Shown here: in pieces, positions 11,813-23,400 of the stretch
How positions within the stretch are numbered: position 1 is the stretch's first letter
Layout of the letters: each line of letters begins with the position of its first letter
Source of the DNA: Octopus sinensis
Taxonomy: Eukaryota
Direction of reading: 5' to 3'
Assembly (NCBI RefSeq): GCF_006345805.1
Contig: NC_043004.1
Coordinates: 64,480,001 to 64,544,000, forward strand
Length of the DNA: 64,000 nucleotides
The notes under the pieces: model-generated
Told to the model about the DNA's origin: nothing
Database searches by the model: none
What the model saw: the letters and a program-made list of their open reading frames with translations, nothing else
Program-made: the position numbers and the translations under genes

Positions 11813-12033
11813 AAAGTTAATCCAAACATGAAAACACAAAGAGAAAACACAACAACGCGAGGACATGGAACAAATATAGTATTATTGGACGCTCAGGAAA
11901 GAAGGAAAGAAGGAGGGTTTAACGTTTTGAGCGGGCTCTTCGTCGGAAACATAGGAGAAGGAAAGATCCAGAGAAGGGAAGACAGAGGAAAAAAATCGCC
12001 AACGGTACACACGAGGTCACATTTTGAATGTGA
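11813..12033 (-). mobile_element. Short PLE-terminal-repeat-like element in a (TA)n context with a degenerate hammerhead motif (11917-11950)
   Basis: Minus strand reads GTTT CCGACGA A GAGC CC GCTC AAAA CG TT AAAC (G12 changed to A). PLE origin is inferred. Confidence 0.55.
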
Positions 12034-12041
12034 ATATATAT

Positions 12042-12088
<47 letters not shown>

Positions 12089-12332
12089 GCACTTGTACGT
12101 GCATATATATATGTACACATTCTGTGTGTGTGTGTCTCTCTCTCTCTCTTTCTTTCTCTCTCTCCCTCTCACATACACACACACTTTAACATACACACAC
12201 GTGTATATGTATTGCTCTGAAGTTATAACTTTTTCTATTTTACTGTGCTCTTTGCAAACAAGCTTTGCACGAAGAAATATTCTTGTTATAGCTTTCAAGG
12301 ATTTATTTCTATCACTAAATGTGTATGTATGA

Positions 12333-12368
<36 letters not shown>

Positions 12369-12419
12369 ACATTATAAGGATTAAAATGTTTTGAGAGATA
12401 TAAAGTAATTTTTTTTGTA

Positions 12420-12606
12420 CTAGTGGAACTTGAAGTAGATAAAGCTATGAATATATAGAATATTGGGTTAAAAAAACCCTTTGATATGAAAATGTCAGAA
12501 GTCCCATAAACAGCCTTTGGCTTTCTTTACCCATCCAAGGGCTCTTTTTAACTTAGTTTTCTACATGCTGTTACTTATAGCTTCATCTACTTTAGAGTTC
12601 CACCAT
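12420..12606. mobile_element. MITE with imperfect TIRs of about 28 bp
   Basis: gtggaacttgaagtagataaagctat versus atagcttcatctactttagagttccac. Confidence 0.7.
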
Positions 12607-12875
12607 TAAAATATATATATATATACACATATATATCCAGTGTGTATCATGGCTTTTAGAATTGATACTATGCCATATCTCTGCATGTCATAAAAGACAA
12701 AGAGTTGGCATTAAGAAGGGATCCATCTGTAAAGCACAGCATCAAGAAGTCTCACACAATCCATGCCAGCATAGACAAATGAACAAAAATATACATAAAA
12801 AAAACAATGATTATATAGATATAATATACACACACATAAGATATATACCTACAAACAGAAATACACACACACATA

Positions 12876-13040
12876 GGCATAGGAATGACTGTGTGGTAAG
12901 TAGCTTGCTTACAAACCACATGGTTCCGGGTTCCGTCCCACAGCATGGCACATTGGGCAAGTGTCTTCTACTATAGCCTCAGGCCAACCAAAGCCTTGTG
13001 AGTGGATTTGGTAGAAAGAAACTGAAAGAAGCCCGTCGTA

Positions 13041-13084
<44 letters not shown>

Positions 13085-13597
13085 CAAAATAAGCAACAAG
13101 AATAACTTCGGTAATTTGGTACGATCGTTTCGCACTACATCATTTTATTAAATGTTGTAAGTATTACAACAGTTTTAAAATGCTGAGCACTCATCAGCCA
13201 TTAATAGAGGTTTTCCATTAATACATAATTTTCATATCAAGTGATAACCTTATATAGAAGGTAGATATATAGACAAAGATGTGGATTTAAATTTTAAGAA
13301 CATTTAAGGTAGTGGAGTACCATATTCATTTGAATCTAAATTTTGCTGAACTTATATATATATATGTGTGTGTGTGTGTGTATACGTTTGTGTGTCTGTG
13401 TTTGTCCCCTCAACATTGCTTGACAACCTATGCTGGTGTGTTTACGTCCCCGTAACTTAGCAGTTTGGCAAAAGAGACGAATAGAATAAGTACTAGGCTT
13501 ACAAAGAATAAGACCTGGGGTCGATTTGCTCAACTAAAGGTGGTACTCCAGCATGGCCAAAGTCAACTGGCTGAAACAAGTAAAAGAGTAAAAGAGA
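12876..13597 (+). mobile_element. SINE family A with a hammerhead-bearing element (13082-13352) inserted in its internal (TA)n tract
   Basis: Head 12876-13040, (TA)n, foreign 270-bp segment, (TA/TG)n, tail 13385-13597. Confidence 0.85.
13117..13200 (-). ncRNA. Type I hammerhead ribozyme with canonical core and palindromic helix III
   Basis: TGG CTGATGA G...(long helix II)...C GAAA CGATCG TA CCA; all core positions canonical; G10.1-C11.1; GUA triplet; predicted cleavage between 13120 and 13119. Confidence 0.8.
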
Positions 13598-14679
13598 GTA
13601 TATTTTTCTGGAAACTGGAGCTTCACCCTATTGTTACTCCAACTTTCACACACTCACACACACACCTTCTGTTAATCAGGTGTTAATTCATTGAGTGTAT
13701 GGAACCACTAATTAGCTATGTAACAGACCATTCCTGCTACCCTTACCCTACCCTCCAAACCCCGCCCCCACTGGCTCACTAAACAATCTCTAGTGATGGA
13801 GGTAAAAATGTTAGGGTAAAACGGTAAAATATTCAATGTCGCTCCATGATTATTGTTGTTGTTGTTGTAATGTTATATCTCAGATGACAAGAGCCTTGAT
13901 TACATGAGGTTGTCTAATTAGATTTGTCTTTCAAACAACAACACCATTACCACAACCACCACAACCTCTAATAATACTATGACTACTACTACTACTATTG
14001 CTATAACTACAGCAAACACTACTACTACTACTATTATTACAACTACAAATGGTGTGGCTGCTGCTCCTGCTGCCACTGCTACTACTGCTGTAGGTATTAC
14101 AACTGTCTATAACTGAGACAAGAAGTTACACTCACTCAGAAACACACACTCACACATATACACACATTCACACATAAACACACATATATACATTCTCATA
14201 CACTCAAACTCACAGAAGCACACTTGCATGCACACACGCTTACATTCATACACACCCACACTCACACTTGAACTCGTATGCACACACAGACACACTCACA
14301 CTTGCACACACATGCACACATTCAGAAACACACACACACACACACACACAAATCTAAAGATTCTTCTTCATGTAGACATCATCTAACATTTTATGGTGTG
14401 TGTTTCAAAGTTGTCATTAACTCAGTGTTTAATCCTTCCACTACAAAGAATATGGACTCCCACTAAATCCCATTACTCTATTGTAGGGCTCTTACACATG
14501 GTGAGTTAATACAAAACCCTTTAGTATCTATCTAAACTTTGGTGGTCTGGACACTTTGAGTCATAACAGTTTTAGACAGAGATGCAGTGCAATATTTGTA
14601 ACAGGTGAAGTTCCACCACTTGAATAAGTTCATCCATAAATTTAGTGACCTTGTATGTATATGTCTAAATGGGTTAAAA

Positions 14680-14995
14680 AGAATGACCAAGGGGTTGCAC
14701 CTAGAAAGTTCCCTTCCTAGGCTTATGTTCAAGCAAAATTGTTTATGGAAGACCAGCAGTCACCCATGCATACCAGTCTCCCCTCCTCATGCCACTGATA
14801 TTGTCTAAAGAAAAGGCAAAGGGGCCGATACAGCTTGGCACCAGTGATGTCGCAACTCATTTCTACAGCTGAGTGAACTGGAGCAACGTGAAATAAAGTG
14901 TCTTGCTCAAGAACACAACACACAGCCCAGTCCAGGAATCGAACTCACTACCTCATGATTGTGAACCTGACTCTCTAACCCCTGAGCCATGCACT
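14680..14995 (-). mobile_element. SINE family D
   Basis: Reverse complement of the 7286-7626 family. Confidence 0.85.
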
Positions 14996-15500
14996 TTCGC
15001 ATGTGAGGGTGTATGTACGTAAATGTGCATAAGTAAATGAATGGATAGGCACAGGTTAGGCCCTGTGATTAACAAGTTCAGTTTGCAATCACAGAGTCTT
15101 GAGTTCAGTTCCAGCATGCAGTGTTTTGGGCAAGTGTCTTCAATTGAAGCTCTAGATCAGTGTTTCTCAACCGGGGTTCCCCAGAACCCTAGTGTTTCTG
15201 CAAAAGTTTCCTAGGGGTTCTGCAAGAAAGAGTGCACAACATATTATTGGTTATTGTAATCTAGATATCATCCTATCTAATCTGTTATGTTATCAAAAAA
15301 ATATAACCACATATATATATAGATAGATATGCCAGTCCATTACAGTGTTACACAAGGACCTCGAACCCACAAGAGTAAACAAGAGAGACAGAGACAGGCT
15401 GAAACAAGGAAATGCCACTTGTATTTGAACAAACACTAAGCAAATATTCTTTTTAAAAAAATTTTGTTTTAATTTTTCCAAAATTTGTTTTCCATATTTA

Positions 15501-15536
15501 CAGTTGAAAAAGTCTCAATGACTGAAACCGGTACTG
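15501..15536 (+). ncRNA. Minimal type I hammerhead-like motif with U3-A8 core variant, inside a roughly 270-bp element flanked by (TA)n
   Basis: CAG TTGAAAA AGTC TCAAT GACT GAAA CCGG TA CTG: helix I CAG/CTG, helix II AGTC/GACT, palindromic helix III ACCGGT, GUA triplet. Confidence 0.65.
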
Positions 15537-15600
15537 AAATGTTTTTTATAAAATTATTTTAGCATTTTCTATCTTGACTTTTTTTTACTTATATATATAT

Positions 15601-15955
15601 CATCATCGTTGTCATTTAACATCCGCTTTCCGTGCTAGCATGGGTTGGACAGTTTGACTGTGGGCTGGCGAACCAGATGGCTGCACCAGACTCCAATCTG
15701 ATCTGGCAGAGTTTCTACAGCTGGATGCCCTTCCTAATGCCAACCACTCCGAGAGTGTAGTGGGTGTTTTTATGTGCCACTGGCACGGGGGCCAGTCAGG
15801 CGGTACTGGCAACAACCTCGCTCAAATTTTTACACATGGGCCAGTCAGGCGGTACTGGCAACGACCTCAGGTGCACAGGTGCCAGTAAGGCGATGCTGGT
15901 AACGATCTCACTCGAATGGTGCCTCCTACATACCACTGGCACAGAAGCCAGTTAA
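15601..15955 (-). mobile_element. LINE-3'-end-like repeat family F ((GAT)n tail, RTE-like) with a local tandem array
   Basis: catcatc...tttaacatccgctttcc..gctagcatgggttgg...gatgcccttcctaa recurs at 30296 and 53815. Confidence 0.7.
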
Positions 15956-16519
15956 TATGTATATATGATATTTACTATGTGAACTACAATGAAAAAAATA
16001 TGAGAAATATATGGTATATAATTTTTTTTGTGCATGGGTTCCTTTGAGACATGTAGTGAAACCTACCATATGTGTATGTGAGTGTGTGTGTCTGTGTGTA
16101 CATGTAAGATATCAAAAAAGGAATCAAAGGTCTCTGCTGAGTCATAGAACTATAAGGCTAGTTCCTTGGATTCTGTGATGAGAACATTTCCCCTCTTGGA
16201 GTGGATGCCAGTCCATTACAGAGTTACTTAGTTTTGCCAGTTAAGTAGATTGGAATGAGAAATGAAGTGTTCTCAAAAACAGAACAACACTATGCATTGC
16301 CCAGTACGAGAATAGAAATCACAATCTTACATTTTTGAGCGCAACATCTTAACCACTAAGTTATGTGCCTACAGCACAACACACACACACACACACACAT
16401 ATAAACAAAAACATTGGATGAACATGCACAATAAAGTTAAAACAGATGATGTTATCTTTCTAGAATAATTAAAAGCCAATAAACTGCTGTTATATATGTA
16501 TTAAATCTTTTTGCCTTAC

Positions 16520-16735
16520 ATTCTCTTTTATTCTCTTTTACTTGTTTCAGTCATTTGACTGTGACCATGCTGGAGCACCACCTTTAGTCAAGCAAATTGA
16601 CCCTAGGACTTATTCTTTGGAAGCCTAGTACTTATTCTACCAGTCTTTTGCCGAACTGCTAAGTTATGGGGATGTAAACAACCCAACATCGGTTGTCAAG
16701 CGATGTTGGGGGGACAAACACAGACACACAAATAT
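16520..16735 (-). mobile_element. SINE family A tail module
   Basis: ctcttttacttgtttcagtcatttgactg...catcggttgtcaagcgatg. Confidence 0.8.
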
Positions 16736-16737
16736 AT

Positions 16738-16790
<53 letters not shown>

Positions 16791-17115
16791 GCCACTCCTG
16801 CACCTATAGTCAGTTTTCACTCAAAGTCTTCTTCAAAGAAAAATGAGAGAAGTAAGTTTTAAGCAGTACTGCCCAGGGGAGACTGACAAGTAGACACAGT
16901 AGCAAGAATCAGATACATTGTGTGTGTAATCTTAGCTACTTAGAATTAAGTCTCTTAATTAGTTGGTCAAAACTGGGATGTCACTTTGGTGTTGTGATTA
17001 ACAGAGTCAAATGATTTACAGTAGATGCAGTGTCTAAATCCCACAGGCAATGCTACAACTTATTTTTCATCTTATATATTATATAAATTTCAGTTGTACA
17101 TAACATATACATATA

Positions 17116-17163
<48 letters not shown>

Positions 17164-18092
17164 GGGTGCATGTGTGCGTTTGTCTCCACTGCTTGACAAC
17201 CAGTATTGGTTCGCTTACATCACTATAACTAAGCATTTTTACAGAAAAGATATAGACAGAATGATTACCAAGCTTTAATAAACACGTTCTGTGATTGATT
17301 TGATTGACAAAATACTGTAAAGCATTGCTCCAGCATGACCACAGTACAATAACTGAAACAAGTAAAAGAATAAAGGAATATATTCTTGGTCCCAATGGTA
17401 ACACCATGTTTATTGTGTTCACATCCACTAAACAGATGTTAGGTGAGACACTTCCAGCTCACTCCAATGACTAATGAACTTGGCTAATGAAATTATTAAT
17501 TACATCATGTGATTTCTTGGTTGCTATATGTTTCTATGGCTTTTTCCTTTATAATTTCTGATTCTTTCTCTTCACATTGGTTTTCAATGTACATCATAAT
17601 CATTACAGATCTTGTGGCTGCAACTATTTTGATAACAGATCTTGTTGATGTTTTTCAGGGGTTCTTTCTATGTTTTTCTGTAATTATTGTTGTTATTCGC
17701 CAGAATCATTAGCATACTGGCCAAAATGCTTGGTAGTATCTTTACATTCTCAGTTCAGTCACCGCCAACATTATCTTTGCCTTTCATTTTTCAGTGTCAA
17801 TGAAATAGGTAATAGTCAACCACTGGGGTCTAGCCCCCTCCAACAAAAATTTTCAGGCCCTGTTGCCTATAGTAGAAAACATTATTATTATTATTATAAT
17901 TATTATTATTATTATTATTAGCACACTGGGTAAAATGCTTACTCCTATTCGTTTCAGTCATTTGACTGCAGCCATGCTGGAGCACCGCCTTTAGTTGAAC
18001 AAACTGACCCCAGGACTTATTCTTTGTAAGCCTGGTACTTATTCTATTGGTCTCTTTTGCTGAACCACTCTTTTGTTGAACACACCAGCATC

Positions 18093-18155
18093 GGTTGTCA
18101 AGCGATGGTGGTGGGAAAAACACAAATATATACATACATATGTACATATATATAC

Positions 18156-18238
<83 letters not shown>

Positions 18239-18286
18239 GATGTATGTATATATTTGTGCTTTTCCCACCACCATCGCTTGACAACC
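18093..18286. repeat. Fold-back palindrome centred on a (TA)n tract (58-bp unique arms, 2 mismatches)
   Basis: ggttgtcaagcgatggtggtgggaaaa...tgtacatata is mirrored at 18229-18286. Confidence 0.9.
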
Positions 18287-18445
18287 ACTAGGCAGGAGTG
18301 GCTGTGTGGTAAATAGCTTGCTTACCAACCACATGGTTCTGGTTTCAGTACCACTGTGTGACACCTTGGGCAAGTGTCTTCAGTTATAGCCTTGGGCCGA
18401 CTAAAGCCTTGTGTGTGAATTTGGTAGACAGAAACTGAAAGAAGC

Positions 18446-18481
<36 letters not shown>

Positions 18482-18546
18482 TGGTAAAAACGGTAAGATA
18501 GCAAAAGAAAGAAAGAGACCTCAATATTATGGAAATAGAGGAAATT

Positions 18547-18728
18547 TATCTGTAAATTAATATGTGACAATTATTCAATAACCAAGATAAAACTCTGAGT
18601 TTCAGATGCCGAAGTGGAAATCCACAGCACCATCTCTTCGGTTGGTGTTGTGGATTTCCACTTCGGCATCCAAAACTCAGAGTTTTATCTTGGTTATTGA
18701 ATAATTGTCACATATTAATTTACAGATA
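18547..18728. repeat. Near-perfect inverted repeat, 86-bp arms, 10-nt loop
   Basis: 18547-18632 versus 18643-18728, 83/86 identical. Confidence 0.95.
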
Positions 18729-18862
18729 TATATATATATATATATATATGCTTTGGTTCATGTTGGATTTTTATTTGAGAACATATTCTTTGTGGAAAAT
18801 AGCGATTTGACGTATATCTAGCATGTTGACCGTCCACTTTTAGTGATCGGTCCTTTAAATTT

Positions 18863-18903
<41 letters not shown>

Positions 18904-19261
18904 GATGGGCTTCTTACCACACAGCTACTCCTGCCTAGTGGTATTTTGTCTATCTTTATGTTCTGAGTTCAAATTGCACCGAGGTTGACTTTACCTTTCA
19001 TCCTTCCAGGGTTGATAAGGTAAGTACCAGTTGAACACTTCTCCCTAACTTGCTGGCCTTGTGCCAAAATTTGAAATTATTATTATTGTATATATTTTTT
19101 ATATACACCTGTATGATATAAATATACACAAATACTTAAATACATATATAAATGTGGGTGTGCATACACACGCATATATAAACATATATATACATACAAA
19201 CACACATACACATATATATATATATATCATCATCATCTATATATATATAAATAAATAAAAT

Positions 19262-19502
19262 AAATGCACCCTTTCAAAGCCTAGCCAGGCTCATGGGCCC
19301 GGTTTCTATGGTGCATGTGTTCCCCAGCTGGACAGGACACCAGTCCATCACAGCGCTACCCATTTTTGCTAGCTGAGTGGACTGGAGCAATGTGAAATGA
19401 AGTGTTTTGCTCAAGAACACAGTGCATTTGCCTGGTCCAGGAATTGAACCCAGAATCTTACGATCATGGTGCTGACACCCTAACCACTAAGCTCCATGCC
19501 TC
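19262..19502 (-). mobile_element. tRNA-derived SINE (family D-like head, different tail)
   Basis: Head reads ggaggcatggagcttagtggttaggg on the reverse strand; central ttcttgagcaaaacact...gctccagtccactcagct. Confidence 0.75.
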
Positions 19503-19526
19503 CACACACATATATATATATATATA

Positions 19527-20040
19527 CTAGCAGTATCACCCGGTGTTGCTTGGGTTTGTTTCAACCCTATAGAATTGGAACTTTTGAAAAGTAAAAATTT
19601 TGCATTATGTAACTTGTTATTCTCTTCAAGTGAACATTTTTCCAGTTGAAATACACCAAAAAATGGTGACACAGCAGTCAAAAATCGTAAAAAATAGGGA
19701 TTTTCATAGAAAAAAAGCATCTTTTTGATGTAAATAATGTTTACGGCGATTCGTTTTCATATCTTGATTTTTTATTTTTCATGCAATTTACGCATGCTTG
19801 CATGCATGGTGAACACAGTTCACGTCAAACAGCTGACTGAGTAAAGTTCACTATACAATGCATGGGATAAGGCCTAAACAAACACATTATCGATTTTTGC
19901 AATTGTGTGATGAATTTCGGAACAGAAATAGCGCAGTTCAATTTTCATTCGCCTAAACTTTAAGTGACCCATTTTTGGTGGTTCTGCAATTTGTTGGCTA
20001 GGAGGAGATGTGCCGGGAAGTTAAACACACAGACACATTT
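19527..20040 (-). mobile_element. Non-autonomous Helitron, 3' end intact, 5' truncated
   Basis: CTAG|T at 19527-19530 with subterminal hairpin cccggtgttgcttggg; 19735-20035 is near-identical to 34390-34690. Confidence 0.75.
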
Positions 20041-20351
20041 TACTAAGTCACTCTGTTTATAATAATTATTTATTTATTTTCTTTCCTGCCCTCAATCTTT
20101 GCTCCACTTATCATCTTTCTGTGCCTCCTCAGCCAGCCACCCAGCCTCAAGCCACCCAGCAGCATCATTGTTACATTCGTGTTAGAATCTTCTCAGATCT
20201 CATCTCAGAAATATCGAAACAAAAGAATTACAGAGTTTACTTGAGATATTATAATTATCTCCAAAGCTGTCAATTACATTAACACTTCTCTGGCTGTCTG
20301 TCTCTTTCTTTCCCCCCCTCCTTCTCTCTGCTGATGTATGTGTGCATGTGT

Positions 20352-20386
<35 letters not shown>

Positions 20387-20614
20387 CATTTGTTTGTATG
20401 TGTGCAATATATATACTATATACATGTTTGTCTCTATACGACTCTCCCTCTCTCCCTCTCTCTCTCTCTCTCTCTACTTCTGCATATGTGTATCTTTTTG
20501 TGTATAGCTGTATACGTTCATCCATATCTGTGCATATACATGCATGTATGTATGTATGACTTTCTCTCTCTCTCTCTCTCTCGGTCTGTCTCTCTAACTC
20601 TCTCTCTGTCTCTG

Positions 20615-20657
<43 letters not shown>

Positions 20658-21927
20658 TCATGTGTGTATGTGTGTCTGCATCTGTGTGTGGGTGGGTATG
20701 TATGCATGTGTGACTGTCTCTCTCTGATTCCTATTCCATCATGCTCCAATTCCCAATTTTTCTCACACACACACACACACACACACGTGTGTGTATATGT
20801 ATTTCTTTGTCTAATACTTCCCTGCCTTTCTCTCCTCCTTCCTCTCCCCTTGCTAACCCATACTCCCTCCCCCAACACTCTCTACTGCTATTACTACCAC
20901 CACTACCAACCTCCCCCCCCACACACACACACATTTCCATCTTTATTTATTGCCTAATGTTTCCAAGGCCAAACACAACACACAAACCCTTTCTCATTCT
21001 CCCTTTCATCTTTGATCCTTTCACTTAATTCTTTTGTCTCTCTCTGTCTCTCTCTCTCCCCACTCTCTCTCTCTATCTATCTATCTTTATTGCTCTTTCT
21101 TCCCAACAGTTATCTCCTCTTTCTCTTACTCCCTCTCTTTCATCTTTGTCCTCCCTTTTGCATTCTTTTTACTTACTCTATCAGCCTCACCCCCCCCCCT
21201 CATCTCTCTCTCTCTCTCTCTCTCACAACAACAACAACACCAAAGAAGCACGGTACAAGCTCCTGCAAGTCATAAGACCTGCTGAAAATAGCAACAAAAT
21301 TTCCCTCAGATCCTACCTGCCAGCTCAAAGGGAATGACATACAATGGACTAAGGGTTTTGTCCTAGATAAACTTTGATTGGATGGTCAAGGGTGGAACAT
21401 CTTCCATCACTGATTTGTGCAATTAAAGACGACAAAAGGTCAAGCAATAGCAATGCCTTATTACAGTAATCATAAAAGGATAACAAAACCTCTCAATATG
21501 GTCGCTAGAAATAGCAGCCAATTGGATGACAGCCTACCATCCTTCAAAAAGAGAGGACATGTTAGATAACATGGTCTTAGAAGTATGGGGGAAAATATGG
21601 TGGTCATGATTGGAATGCCTTTGATCATAGGTCTGCTCAATCAAGTTAAAGTCTGTCTTGGGGCTACAAGCCCATTAGAATGGAGGGTTTCCCCTGTTTC
21701 CATGGTGATTTAAGCAATTGAGAATATAAAACATCCCTCTAAACAGGATACTGGTCCATTGTAGAGTTAACCTCCTGACACCACCACCACCATCCAGCTG
21801 CTGCCAGAATTTGTTTAGAGCTGAGTGTACTGAAACAAAGTGAAGTGTCTTGCCCAAGGAAACATTGTGCCACCTAATCTGAAATTGAACCCTTAACCCT
21901 AACAGTCATGAACTTGACACACAAGCC

Positions 21928-22253
21928 CAGTGGTTCTCAACCAGAGTCCATATATGATTTTTGGTGGGATCCACGCGACAAAATAATAAATTGGGGATCC
22001 TTAATTGTATTTCAAGGGTCCCTGAAAAAATTTTGCTTTAGATGTATGTATTGGTATGTATTGCAAGAAACAGCTGGGTTTCTCTAATGTTTGACATAGT
22101 TCAACATAGACAATGTGTGAAAAACGAAATAGGAATTTTGAAAGAAGCATCTATAAAGCCAATTTTTAAACATCGAATGTCTATAGAGGTCATCAGAATA
22201 AAATAGTAATCAAAGGGGTTTACAGATTAAAAAAAAATGGTTCAGAATCCCTA
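21928..22253. mobile_element. hAT-type MITE
   Basis: CAGTGGTTCTCAACC left end and degenerate GGTTCAGAATCCCTA right end; similar CAGTGTTTCTCAACC fragments near 15159 and 34134. No TSD visible. Confidence 0.6.
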
Positions 22254-22264
22254 CTCTAACTTCA

Positions 22265-22611
22265 GGGGCTGAGCTCAGAATACACAAGATCAACTCTAGA
22301 AGAATAAATAGCAAAGTTGACCTCAGCAGGATTTGAACTCAGAATATAAAGAGCCAGGAGATATACTATAAAGCATTTTGTTGGTTGTGCCATTCATCCT
22401 CCACTTCCTCATAAGCACAAGGCCTGAAATTTTGGAAGAGGGGACGAGTCAATTACATTGACCCCAGTGTTCAACTGGTACTTATTTTATTGACCTTGCA
22501 AGGATAAAAGGCAAAGTCAACCTCAACAGAACTTGAACTCAGAACATAAAAATGGACCAAGTGCTACAAAGCATTTTGCCCAGTATGCCAGCTCACTGCC
22601 TTTCCACTTCC

Positions 22612-22648
<37 letters not shown>

Positions 22649-23400
22649 TGTGTATCCTGAAATCATAGGGGAGGGGTCTAGTCAATTACATCGACCCCCA
22701 ACCAGTGCTCAACTGGTACCTATTTCCTTCACCCCGAATGGATGAAAGACAATGTCAACCTCAGAGGAATTTGATAATAATTAAAATGATACTAACAACA
22801 GTTTCAAATTTTGGCACAAGGCCAGCAATCTGAGTAGAGGGGATAAGTAGATTACATCAACCTCACTGCTCAACTGCTACTTATTTCATTGGCCCCAAAA
22901 GGATGAAATGCAAAGTCAACCATGATGGAATTTGGACTCAGAACATAGAGAGAGTTAAGGTTTTGCCCGGTATGCTAATGATTCTGCCAGCCCGCCACCT
23001 TAATAATCCTTTCTACTATAGGCACAAGGTCTCAAATTTATGGGGATAGTTGATTACATCGACCCCAGTACTTGACTGGTACTAAATTTATGAAAGGCAA
23101 AGTCGACCTTGGCAGAATTTGAACTCAGAATGTAGAGCCAGATGAAATACCTGTAAGCATTTCACCTGACATGCTAACCATTCTGCCAGCTGGCCACCTT
23201 AATAATAATGTGATCCTTTTTTCTACAATAGGCACAAGGCCTGAAATTTGGGGGAGAGGGATTGTCGGTTACATTGACCCTAGTAAAGGATGAAAGATAA
23301 CGGTGTACTCAGCAGAATTTGAACTTAGAACTTAAAGACAAATGAAATGCTGCAAAGCATTCTGATCAGGGTGCTAACGATTCCGCCAGCTTGCCACCTT
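22265..23400 (-). mobile_element. Array of about six head-to-tail, individually diverged SINE family C copies separated by (AAT)n
   Basis: Recurrent ggcacaagg..aaattt, gattacatcgaccccag..actggtact, aaagtcgacc..gaatttgaactcagaa and ctgccagc..gccacctt motifs. Confidence 0.85.
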
